Positions 1-9,535 of a DNA stretch of 64,000 nucleotides are shown here, piece after piece. Position numbers and translations under genes: made by a program. The stretch is taken from the NCBI GenBank assembly GCA_003510435.1, contig DOMK01000013.1, forward strand, positions 12,135-76,134. The letters run 5' to 3'. This stretch comes from Candidatus Magasanikiibacteriota bacterium. GTDB taxonomy: Bacteria > Patescibacteriota > Patescibacteriia > Magasanikbacterales > UBA922. Position 1 is the first letter of the stretch. Each line of letters starts with the position of its first letter. The notes under the pieces are model-generated. The model worked only from the letters and a program-made list of their open reading frames with translations, did not search any database and was not told where the DNA came from.

Positions 1-125
1 TCAACAGCAGAAAAAACCGCTTTTGACTCCACAGCTTCAACCATTCCTCCGCGTTGGCTATGAGTAAAACGTTTTGGTTCACCGCCTTTTCTCATCGCGC
101 CGGAAACTCTTCTAGTTTCTGACAT
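1..125 (-). CDS. Hypothetical protein, N-terminal part (runs off the window)
   Basis: ATG at 125, right after the manB stop; open frame MSETRRVSGAMRKGGEPKRF... to the window edge. Confidence 0.5.
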   Translation of the reverse strand, partial: MSETRRVSGAMRKGGEPKRFTHSQRGGMVEAVESKAVFSAV

Positions 126-126
126 A

Positions 127-1485
127 TTATTCTAAAATTATATTTTTAATTTCTTCTAATTTTTCTTCCATTAATTCTTTACTCTTGGCTTCTAAGTTAA
201 GACGTAAGACTGGATCATTGGCTGAGGGACGAACATTGAAATGCCAATCATCAAACTCAAAACTCATACCATCTTGATAAGAAATTTCTTTTGCATCAAA
301 ATATTTTTCTTTAATTTTTTCCATTGTCTTCATTGTACTTTGTACTTTATAATTACTTTCACCAGAAATATAATAATCACCCAGGTCTTTAATTAATTGT
401 GATAATGTTTTACCAGTTTTGGAAATCATTTCCATAATCATCAAGGCCGGTACAAACCCATTTTCCATATAAGCATTTTTGATAAAATAAAAATGCCCGC
501 TCACTTCTCCGCCAAAAATTGCTTTGGTTTCTTGCATGCGTTTTTTAATATAAGTATGTCCCACTCTTTCTATATATCCTTTTCCACCAAGCTTATTTAA
601 CCAATCCTTTACTACCCAACTCGCACGTAAATCATAGACTACACCAGTGCCAGGATTTTTTTCCAAAAAATTAATTGCCAATAAAGCTACAATGTAATCA
701 CAATTGATAAAATCTCCATTTTCATCCAAAAAATAAACCCGATCGCAATCAGCATCCCAAGCTACGCCCAAATCTGGTTTTATTTCTTTTGTCTTTGCCA
801 CCCAGTCAACTCGATTTTTTTCTTCAAACGGATTAGCTTGATGATTAGGGAAATTTCCATCTGGTTCAAAAAATAACTTAGTAATATCTAAGTCCATGTC
901 AGCAAAAACTTTATCAGCCACCACACCACCCATACCATTACCAGCATCCATTACCACTTTAAGTGGTTTAATAACATCCACATCAACAAAACTTTTAGAA
1001 AAATTCACAAAGTCAACCCAAACATCTTTTTGTTCTACCACACCATTTTTATCTGAATTTATATAATTACCAGACTGAGCAATGGCTTCCAATTCTTCCA
1101 TTCCTACCCCCTTACCTATTGGCGTCAACATTCCTTCTGTATTCAAACGTAAAAATTTAACTCCATTAAACTCCTTTGGCATGTGTGAAGCTGTAATCAT
1201 AAGACCACCATCAAATTTGTAATACCAGGTGGCAAAATACAAGACATCGGTTGAAACCATACCAATATCCATCACATCCACACCACTCTCAACCAAACCA
1301 CGAATAATTTCGTCTTTTAAAATTGGTGAAGAACTACGACAATCATAACCCACCACAACTTTTTTAGGTTGGGCATACTTTGCATAGGCTCTGGCAATTA
1401 TATAGCCTGCTTCAACAGTCAAATCAACCCCAAATTCCCCTCTAATATCATAGTTTCTAAACAAACTAGTGTCTACTTTTGTCAT
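127..1485 (-). CDS. manB: Phosphomannomutase/phosphoglucomutase
   Basis: FRNYDIRG, TASH phosphoserine loop, DADCDR metal loop, GEVSGH, RPSAND. Confidence 0.9.
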   Translation of the reverse strand: MTKVDTSLFRNYDIRGEFGVDLTVEAGYIIARAYAKYAQPKKVVVGYDCRSSSPILKDEIIRGLVESGVDVMDIGMVSTDVLYFATWYYKFDGGLMITASHMPKEFNGVKFLRLNTEGMLTPIGKGVGMEELEAIAQSGNYINSDKNGVVEQKDVWVDFVNFSKSFVDVDVIKPLKVVMDAGNGMGGVVADKVFADMDLDITKLFFEPDGNFPNHQANPFEEKNRVDWVAKTKEIKPDLGVAWDADCDRVYFLDENGDFINCDYIVALLAINFLEKNPGTGVVYDLRASWVVKDWLNKLGGKGYIERVGHTYIKKRMQETKAIFGGEVSGHFYFIKNAYMENGFVPALMIMEMISKTGKTLSQLIKDLGDYYISGESNYKVQSTMKTMEKIKEKYFDAKEISYQDGMSFEFDDWHFNVRPSANDPVLRLNLEAKSKELMEEKLEEIKNIILE

Positions 1486-1624
1486 ATTAGTATATTACTT
1501 TGTCTAAATAGTAAAAATAGTATATAATATAGACATAAAAAATACAACAACACAGCAACACAAAAACACCCAACTTAGCCAGAAGTGTTGTTCTGTTGTA
1601 CTGTTTTAATGTTTATATGTTTTT

Positions 1625-4174
1625 ATGAATCCTGAACAACTTTTGGAACGCTTTTCTACCCATCTCCGTACTGTGGTCGCCAAAGCTATGGCGATGGCCA
1701 CTTCCCTATCACATGACAAGGTCACCCCAGCTCATTTGTTTGTGGTTTTGTTAGAAGAAAAAGGCTCGATTGCCAATGAAATTTTGAGTAAGCTCAATAT
1801 TAATCCTGATTTTATTTATAAAATTTTAGATAATAAGCCAGAACTAGTAAACCAAAATATAAAAATCCAAACCGCCACTCTGCCAGAATTAAATTTGATG
1901 AGTAAAAAAATCTTAGAGAAATCCATGCTCCTAGCTTATGAGAGAAACCATACCCATATTGGCACCGAGCATTTACTCTTGGGTATGATCTATAGTACAG
2001 ACAAAGATATAAAAGATATTTTGCATAATTTTAAAATTAATATTGCTGATATTGAAGAAGAGATAGAAAATATTCTCCAGAGCACATCCAAATTCCCAGA
2101 TATTGATGACGTCTCCAATATGATGGATCAATTAGAAGGCTTAGTTGGTGGCGACAATTCTTCGGCCATGCCTCTACCCCCTGCTTCGATGAATCAACCA
2201 GAACAAAATCAAATTAGTAGACCAAAAATGAAAAGACCTAGTGTGACGGCTTTGGATCTTTTTACTAATAATCTAACTAATCCGAGTAATCAAAAAAATA
2301 TTGATCCAGTCATTGGTAGAGAAAAAGAAATTGAACGCGTAATAAATATTTTGGCCAGACGAACAAAAAATAATCCAGTGTTGATTGGCGAACCAGGTGT
2401 AGGTAAAACTGCCATTGTAGAAGGCTTGGCCAGAAGAATTACCGAAGGTGATGTACCAGATGTTTTAAAACGCAAAAAAATTCTTTCTCTTGATCTCACT
2501 TTAATGCTTGCTGGCACTATTTACCGTGGTGAATTTGAAGCTAGACTCAAACAAGTAATTGATGAAGTGACCAAATCACCAGATTGTATCCTTTTTATTG
2601 ATGAACTCCACAATATTATTGGCGCTGGCTCTAGTCAAGGTGCTATGGATGCGGCTAATATTTTGAAACCCGCCCTAGCTCGTGGTAGCCTACGCTGTAT
2701 TGGCGCGACCACGATTGATGAATACAAAAAACATGTTAGCCACGACCCTGCTCTAGAAAGACGTTTTCAAGCTATCAATGTAGAAGAACCAAGTAAAGAG
2801 GAAACTGAACAAATTTTACAAGGCATCAAAAAATATTATGAAAATTTTCATAATGTAAAAATTACTGATGAAGCTATTACTACAGCTGTAGAATTGAGTG
2901 TTAAATATATTCATGATAATTTCTTGCCTGATAAAGCGATTGATCTCTTGGATGAAGCCTCGGCCGCCATAAAAGTAAAAAATAAATTATCCAATCATGA
3001 AATCAAACGACAAAAATTATTAGATGAAATTGATCATTATAACATTCAAAAAGAAGAGAGTATTAGAACCGAAAAATTTGATGACGCCAGTGTATGGAAA
3101 AAACGCCTGGAGGGAGTTAATAAAAAATTACAATCTTTGGAAAAAATTATTAGTAAAGCCAAACAGCCACTCCGAAAAAAAGTGATGGGTGCTGATATAG
3201 CCAAAATTTTGGAAAACAAACTTAATATCCAAGCTAATATTTTATTACAAAATGAATGGGATGAACTAGAGACTTTACCAAACAGATTAAAACAAAATAT
3301 TATTGGTCAAGACGAAGCTATAGAAAAGATCGTAAAATCTTTGAAACAATCATATTTGGGACTAAAGGACAATAAAAAACCTCTGGCATCATTTGCTTTC
3401 ATTGGCCCGAGTGGAGTAGGTAAAACTGAAATGGCCAAAATTTTGGCCAAAGAACTTTATCATGATGACAAAGCTCTAATAAAACTAGACATGAGTGAAT
3501 TTTCTGAACAACATAGTACTTCTAAATTACTTGGTTCGCCGGCTGGCTATATTGGTCATAAAGAACGTAACCATTTTACTGAGGAAATTAGAAAACGACC
3601 TTATTGTGTGGTTTTGTTTGACGAGGTTGATAAAGCCCATGCTGATGTAACCAAACTCTTGTTACAAATTTTGGACGAAGGCGAACTGACTGACAGTGCA
3701 GGCAAAAAAACTCATTTCCACCATGCTCTAATTATTCTCACCACAAATTTAGGCGCAGAACTATTCAAAACCACTGGCATTGGTTTTGGTAAAGTTGAAG
3801 CTAATAGTAAAGATCGTGATAAATCAATTGTAAATAAACTAAAAGAAGACCTCTCTTCAGCTCTAATCAACCGTTTGGACAATGTAATTATTTTTAATCC
3901 TCTGACTAAAGCTGATATAAAAAATATTGTGGCTAAAAATTTTAAATTAATCAATGAAAAATTACAAACCAATAATAAATTATCTATCAAAGCTACTAAC
4001 CAAATATTATTAGATCTAAGTAAAGATAGTTTTAATGTAGAAGAAGGTGCTAGACAAGTAGAAAGAATTTTGCAGGATATTATCCAAGAAGCCGTCATTG
4101 AAATCCTAAAGAAAAAACAAAATAAACAAAATTATTCTCTAGTGAAAAAAGCTGGGAAATATAGTCTAGTATGA
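1625..4174 (+). CDS. clpC: ATP-dependent Clp protease ATP-binding subunit (ClpC-like)
   Basis: Clp N repeats, two AAA+ modules ([16 protein letters not shown]), [10 protein letters not shown], short middle coiled coil. Confidence 0.88.
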   Translation: MNPEQLLERFSTHLRTVVAKAMAMATSLSHDKVTPAHLFVVLLEEKGSIANEILSKLNINPDFIYKILDNKPELVNQNIKIQTATLPELNLMSKKILEKSMLLAYERNHTHIGTEHLLLGMIYSTDKDIKDILHNFKINIADIEEEIENILQSTSKFPDIDDVSNMMDQLEGLVGGDNSSAMPLPPASMNQPEQNQISRPKMKRPSVTALDLFTNNLTNPSNQKNIDPVIGREKEIERVINILARRTKNNPVLIGEPGVGKTAIVEGLARRITEGDVPDVLKRKKILSLDLTLMLAGTIYRGEFEARLKQVIDEVTKSPDCILFIDELHNIIGAGSSQGAMDAANILKPALARGSLRCIGATTIDEYKKHVSHDPALERRFQAINVEEPSKEETEQILQGIKKYYENFHNVKITDEAITTAVELSVKYIHDNFLPDKAIDLLDEASAAIKVKNKLSNHEIKRQKLLDEIDHYNIQKEESIRTEKFDDASVWKKRLEGVNKKLQSLEKIISKAKQPLRKKVMGADIAKILENKLNIQANILLQNEWDELETLPNRLKQNIIGQDEAIEKIVKSLKQSYLGLKDNKKPLASFAFIGPSGVGKTEMAKILAKELYHDDKALIKLDMSEFSEQHSTSKLLGSPAGYIGHKERNHFTEEIRKRPYCVVLFDEVDKAHADVTKLLLQILDEGELTDSAGKKTHFHHALIILTTNLGAELFKTTGIGFGKVEANSKDRDKSIVNKLKEDLSSALINRLDNVIIFNPLTKADIKNIVAKNFKLINEKLQTNNKLSIKATNQILLDLSKDSFNVEEGARQVERILQDIIQEAVIEILKKKQNKQNYSLVKKAGKYSLV

Positions 4175-4545
4175 ACGTCCAAAATCAATTATCAAGTGAA
4201 AAAGCCAAAGCCATTGCCTTTAAAAAAGGACAACAAATTAGTTTGAAACAACAACAGACTGGTTTGTGGCAAGAAAAATTTGATATTGATGAACAACTAG
4301 AATATTATAAAAATAAATTAATGATTAATATAGAAAATAGACAAGTAGAGATGGTAGATAATAATTTAAAAAAACTATTAAGACTGCGCGCTAGACAAAC
4401 TGCTCTTAATATATCAGAAATAATAGGAGAAGATAAAGAAAAAAATACCCAACTTTTAAAAGAAGAAACCGAAAAATTTTACAGGGATTGTTTACTTCTC
4501 GGTATTACTTTAGATAAAATAATTGGCGAAGACAATATTATATGA
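4171..4545 (+). CDS. Hypothetical protein
   Basis: 124-aa ORF with ATGA overlaps to both neighbouring genes. Confidence 0.7.
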   Translation: MNVQNQLSSEKAKAIAFKKGQQISLKQQQTGLWQEKFDIDEQLEYYKNKLMINIENRQVEMVDNNLKKLLRLRARQTALNISEIIGEDKEKNTQLLKEETEKFYRDCLLLGITLDKIIGEDNII

Positions 4546-6395
4546 AAACTCCTCCGCCCAATTCAGACCAAAAAAGACAAATTATGGGAGCAATCCTTAG
4601 TCAGATTGTGGCCAAACAAATACTCCCGGCTTTATTAAAAGAAGAATTTGCTAAACATCTAATAAACCCAGCAAATTTTCTACCAAATTCAATAAATGAA
4701 ACTCTGGCCGTAGATCCAGCTCAATATATCAGCCCTGTCCTTTCTAATATAGGCATGCAAAACCCAAACATAAATCCTAAAGACATTGTTGGTAATTTTG
4801 GATCAAATAATTCTAGTTTACAACCATCAACCACAGCTGATTCAACTATTCCAAACCAAGGTGGTAATACTGGAACTTCAACTCCAGATACCACACCACA
4901 GGCAGATGCTGACCAAAATGGATCTCCTGCTAATAAAAATGGTCAATCAAAAAATGATTCAGACCAACCACAGGCAGATGCAGATGCAGATAAAGACAAA
5001 GAAAATCCTGATGACGATGATAAAAAAAATGAAGCCAAAAATCCAGAAGCAACGACTGATTTAAATAATCTTGATACGCCAGCTGATAAAGCTGTTAATA
5101 CAGATCAACCGACTGGTTCTGGTCAAAATCAAAATGTACCTGGATCAACCACCCAGCCTGGACAACAAGTTGGTCCTGGTGGTGTGGTAACCAATCCAAC
5201 TCAAGCAGGAGCACCTGGACAAAATACTCCTGGGAGTAATACACCAAATTCACCAACCACACCAGGAGCTAATGCTCAACCTGGTATGAATCCAAATGTT
5301 AGTAATCCAGATACAAAAGATGATAATGCAGATGCAGGCAAAGATGAAAATATTGATGAGGACGATAAAAAACCAGATGAAGACAAACTAGATGGTGAGG
5401 GTGATGATAAAAAAGAACCTGATGATAAAGATAAAGACGGTGACAAAAAAAATGATGAGAATGATAAAAATAGTGGTGACAAAACAAAACCAGATGAAAT
5501 ACCCTCAGGTTATTACGACCCTTATGCCAATTCAAAAGATGGTACGCATGCGGGATATTTTAATCCTGATGCGTCAAAAGAACAAACACCAGTCATAGAT
5601 GAAACAGGAAGAGACAGAGGAGCTACCATAACCCCAGAAAAAAAACCAGGGGATGGTTATTACGACCCTTATGCCAATTCAAAAGATGGTACGCATGCGG
5701 GATATTTTAATCCTGATGCGTCAAAAGAGGACGAAGATAGGGATGAAAGCAGTGACTCTCCATTTGGTGTTGAAAACCAAGACTTTGGCGGTATGAATAT
5801 GCCAAATCAACAAGAAGACCAGGAATCAGATGACGATACTCCACAAGATGGTAAAAGTGAACAACAGCCAGATAAAAAATCAGATTCTGATAATGACGAA
5901 CAAAAAGAAAAAAAACAAAAAATGGAAAACGAAAAAGGAAGCATGACTCAATTTATAAATCAAAATATAATAAACAGAACAAAGATAAACGGCCTAGAAC
6001 AAGAGATAAAAAATTTAGAAAACCAAGCTAATGATCTAAATAAAAAAAATGATGATTTAGATAAAAAAATTAAAGAATTGGAACCAGAATCAATTAAAAA
6101 ATTAAGGGGCATACAAACATTTATGGGAGGTTGTAGTTGTTGTTCTTGTATTTTTTTACCCATATCTCTTATTTCCTCAATATCAACAGCCTTAATTGAA
6201 TTATTTATCCAAATTAAAAAAAAGAAAGAACATGAAAATAAAGCTGAGATTGAAAAACTTGAAGAAGAAAAAAAAGCAAATACTAAAAATCTTAAACAAA
6301 TTAATAAACAAATTAATAAAATAGCTAGGGATATATACAATTTGCGAAACACAGGAATGATGAAAGGAATGGCCAATAATATGTTCAGACACTAG
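4542..6395 (+). CDS. Low-complexity Pro/Gly/Asp-rich protein with C-terminal coiled coils around a Cys-rich hydrophobic segment
   Basis: 617-aa ORF; internal duplicated motif; GGCSCCSCIFLP hydrophobic stretch. Confidence 0.75.
   Translation: MKTPPPNSDQKRQIMGAILSQIVAKQILPALLKEEFAKHLINPANFLPNSINETLAVDPAQYISPVLSNIGMQNPNINPKDIVGNFGSNNSSLQPSTTADSTIPNQGGNTGTSTPDTTPQADADQNGSPANKNGQSKNDSDQPQADADADKDKENPDDDDKKNEAKNPEATTDLNNLDTPADKAVNTDQPTGSGQNQNVPGSTTQPGQQVGPGGVVTNPTQAGAPGQNTPGSNTPNSPTTPGANAQPGMNPNVSNPDTKDDNADAGKDENIDEDDKKPDEDKLDGEGDDKKEPDDKDKDGDKKNDENDKNSGDKTKPDEIPSGYYDPYANSKDGTHAGYFNPDASKEQTPVIDETGRDRGATITPEKKPGDGYYDPYANSKDGTHAGYFNPDASKEDEDRDESSDSPFGVENQDFGGMNMPNQQEDQESDDDTPQDGKSEQQPDKKSDSDNDEQKEKKQKMENEKGSMTQFINQNIINRTKINGLEQEIKNLENQANDLNKKNDDLDKKIKELEPESIKKLRGIQTFMGGCSCCSCIFLPISLISSISTALIELFIQIKKKKEHENKAEIEKLEEEKKANTKNLKQINKQINKIARDIYNLRNTGMMKGMANNMFRH
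5508..5728 (+). repeat. Exact 74-bp direct repeat (5508-5581 and 5655-5728)
   Basis: Encodes GYYDPYANSKDGTHAGYFNPDASKE twice. Confidence 0.9.
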
Positions 6396-6440
6396 AAAAA
6401 TTTCTAAATAAATAATATAATATACTTATATTTATAATAT

Positions 6441-7664
6441 ATGGATAAAAAGAAAATCATTTATATTCTGGCATTTATAGTCATAGCTGGTTTATTGGCT
6501 TTTTTAATTTACCGAATATTTTTTTATACAAAACCAGAAACATTAATTATTGGTCCTGATGGTACAATTACTACTACTGGACAAACTGGCCTATTTCCTC
6601 AATCCGGTGAAGGCAAACCTAGTACCACTACTTCTGGAACTTCGGGACAAAAACTACCAACCGCTGGCACAATCAGTCCTACTAGCAAAAGACCTGGTGA
6701 AAGAACCGTAGAAAAGACGGTTGATATTCCAATAATCAGTGCTACCAAAGATATTTCTGGCAATGCTAGATTTTATAATGATGTGGATGGTAAATTTTAT
6801 CGCCTTAATAGTGACGGTAAAGTAGAAAGTCTAAGTGATGAGGTGTTTTATAATGTAAAAAATGTCACTTGGTCACCAGTCAATGAAGACGCTATTATAG
6901 AATATCCTGATGGTGCCAATATTTATTATAATTTTAAAACCAAGGAACAAGTCACCTTACCCAAACACTGGGAAGATTTTTCTTTTTCTGATACTGGAGA
7001 CAAAATTGCTTCCAAAAGTGTTGGCTTATCCCCAGAAAATCAATGGATAATTACTGCTAATCCAGATGGAAAAAATATAAAATTAATTGAACCAATGGGA
7101 GAAAATGCTGCCAAAGTAAATGTTGATTGGTCTCCAAACAAACAAATTGTGGCCACTTCCAGAACTGGTGATGCTCTTGGGGCTGACAGAGAAGAAATCC
7201 TAATGGTTGGCTTAAATGGCGAAAATTTTAAATCCATTGTCGTAGAAGGACGAGGTATACAATCTCAATGGTCAACCGAGGGTAAAAAACTTTTGTATAG
7301 TGTTTATAGCGAACGCAGTGATTTCAAACCAGAATTATGGATAGTAAATTCTTATGGTGATAAAATTGGTTCCGGTAGAAGTTATCTAAATTTGAATACT
7401 TGGGCAGAAAAATGTACTTTCCAAGATGAAAGATTTGTCTATTGTGCTGTTCCTACTCAATTGGAACGCGGAGCTGGTTTTGCCCCGGCTCTTTATGATA
7501 GCACTCCAGATCAAATTTATCGGGTTGACTTGCAGACTGGTATAAAAACCGAAATTCCCGTATCCGAGGATCGGACCATAACTAATATGTTTATTAGCTC
7601 AGATGGAAAAACACTGCAATTCACTGATGAAAATGAGGGTGGTTTATTTAGTATAGATTTATAA
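6441..7664 (+). CDS. Membrane-anchored beta-propeller (TolB-like) protein
   Basis: N-terminal TM helix, Thr-rich linker, repeated WSP/FS-xxG blade motifs. Confidence 0.7.
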   Translation: MDKKKIIYILAFIVIAGLLAFLIYRIFFYTKPETLIIGPDGTITTTGQTGLFPQSGEGKPSTTTSGTSGQKLPTAGTISPTSKRPGERTVEKTVDIPIISATKDISGNARFYNDVDGKFYRLNSDGKVESLSDEVFYNVKNVTWSPVNEDAIIEYPDGANIYYNFKTKEQVTLPKHWEDFSFSDTGDKIASKSVGLSPENQWIITANPDGKNIKLIEPMGENAAKVNVDWSPNKQIVATSRTGDALGADREEILMVGLNGENFKSIVVEGRGIQSQWSTEGKKLLYSVYSERSDFKPELWIVNSYGDKIGSGRSYLNLNTWAEKCTFQDERFVYCAVPTQLERGAGFAPALYDSTPDQIYRVDLQTGIKTEIPVSEDRTITNMFISSDGKTLQFTDENEGGLFSIDL

Positions 7665-7667
7665 AAT

Positions 7668-8318
7668 ATGTATAAAAATAAATACGCCATATTAATAATC
7701 ATACCCGCCATTCTAATTGCCGGCTTTGCTTTATATGTCCGAATTTTACAATACGAACCCCTATTCCCTAGTTTAAAAGAAATAGAAGCTCAGGAAGATA
7801 AATTAAAAACCAATATAATTCCAATTTACAAAGAAGACCCTGTTGTTGGAAATAAAAAAGCCAAAAATCAAATTATTATGTTTGAAGATTTTGGTTGCGA
7901 AGCCTGTGAATACCAAATGGAATTATTAAAAGAACTACTAGTCAAGCATCCAGACAGTCTAAATATAATTTGGAAAGGTTTATCTGTTAGCACCTTCCCT
8001 TACTCCACAGAAATGGCTCATGCTTATGCTTACTGTGCCAATGAACAAAATAAATTTTCTCAATTTAAGGATCAAGCCTTTGCTAATTTTGACAACCTCT
8101 CTACAGATACGCTAAATAATATAAGCAAGACCATTGCTTTAAATGAAACTAAGACCAGTCAATGCATTACTAGCAATCAATGGAAATTATATATGAATAA
8201 AAATACTGCCTTGGCCCAACTCCTAAATATTCAATCTGTGCCAACTATTTTTATAAATAATGTCCAAACGAAAAATCCTCAGACATTGGAAGAATGGGAA
8301 GCAATTTTAAATCTATAA
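7668..8318 (+). CDS. DsbA-family thioredoxin-fold protein
   Basis: N-terminal TM, FEDFGCEAC CxxC, VPTIFIN cis-Pro loop. Confidence 0.8.
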   Translation: MYKNKYAILIIIPAILIAGFALYVRILQYEPLFPSLKEIEAQEDKLKTNIIPIYKEDPVVGNKKAKNQIIMFEDFGCEACEYQMELLKELLVKHPDSLNIIWKGLSVSTFPYSTEMAHAYAYCANEQNKFSQFKDQAFANFDNLSTDTLNNISKTIALNETKTSQCITSNQWKLYMNKNTALAQLLNIQSVPTIFINNVQTKNPQTLEEWEAILNL

Positions 8319-8336
8319 AAATTCGCGATAAGTTAT

Positions 8337-9533
8337 ATGCTTAAAAAAATATTTTTTACTCTAACTGTTTTTTCCTTTATTGCACTTAGTTGTTTTTTGG
8401 TACCAACCCAAACAAAAGCCCGCGAATTAATGGGGGGATTATTGGAATCTAGTGAAATAGAAACCATTTTAAAAGAAAATCAGCCAAATCTACAAATCAG
8501 AATTCCTGGTATAAAATTCACTGATCCAGCAGAATTAGAAAAATTACAAATAGAAGAAAACGGTATAAACTATTTACAAATCCCCTATTTAGGAGAATAT
8601 ATTGTCGCTGTTTACAAATATGGTATTATTATTATTGGAGTTTTAGCTCTTGTAATGATAATTGATTCTGGTTTGCAATGGGTGCTCTCTGCCGGCAACC
8701 AAGAAAAAATAACCAAAGCCAAAACAGGATTAAGTAATGCTATTTTTGGTTTAATTATTGCTTTACTTTCATATACTATTCTCTATGTTATTAATCCTAA
8801 TTTGGTTGAATTTAAAAGCTTAAAAATAGCCTATGTAGAACGACGAGAAGTGGATTCTCTTACCAATGATTTAGTACAAAGCGATAATGACAAACCTCCT
8901 CAATTAGAAATATTTGAAGATATAGATCCATCACCTCTACCCAATACCAGTGGATTAAATTATGGTTTTAATAATGTTCCTTATTATTACCAATGTTTCA
9001 GTGCCAATAGTCCATGGGGTAATGAAATATATGGTGAACAAAGTGATTGTTCTAATTTTTGTCATGGCGCCTGTGGTCCCACATCATTTGCTATGGTTTT
9101 TCGTTTTTATGAATTAGAAGTTGATCCAAGACATATAGCAAAAGTTGGCGTCTCGTCAGGAGCTAGAAAATGTGGAACACCTGGTGGTACAAACGGTAAT
9201 GTATTAATTACCGCTCTAAAAAAAGAAACTCCATTTAGTGAATTTAAAATTGATTGGATAACTGGAAATGACGCTCATGATAAAGCTTGGGAAATTTTAA
9301 AATCAGGTCAACCACTTATTCAATCTGGTGAACATATCGGCTTTACTAGCAAAGGTACCATAAAAACATACCGCGGACACTATATAGTTTTAACCGGCAT
9401 TGACAATATTGGCGGTCAAGAAGTCATCAGGGTTAATGATCCCGCTAGAATAAGCCCAACCCAAGGTATTGTTTATATGACACGGGAACAATTTAACGCT
9501 GCCCCTAGAAGCATGATTTATATACATAAATAA
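8337..9533 (+). CDS. CPR pilin-like membrane domain fused to a C39-like cysteine peptidase
   Basis: TM-AGNQEKITKAK-TM pilin signature; PYYYQ, CGPTS, HYIVLTG, NDP papain-fold motifs. Confidence 0.7.
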   Translation: MLKKIFFTLTVFSFIALSCFLVPTQTKARELMGGLLESSEIETILKENQPNLQIRIPGIKFTDPAELEKLQIEENGINYLQIPYLGEYIVAVYKYGIIIIGVLALVMIIDSGLQWVLSAGNQEKITKAKTGLSNAIFGLIIALLSYTILYVINPNLVEFKSLKIAYVERREVDSLTNDLVQSDNDKPPQLEIFEDIDPSPLPNTSGLNYGFNNVPYYYQCFSANSPWGNEIYGEQSDCSNFCHGACGPTSFAMVFRFYELEVDPRHIAKVGVSSGARKCGTPGGTNGNVLITALKKETPFSEFKIDWITGNDAHDKAWEILKSGQPLIQSGEHIGFTSKGTIKTYRGHYIVLTGIDNIGGQEVIRVNDPARISPTQGIVYMTREQFNAAPRSMIYIHK

Positions 9534-9535
9534 AA

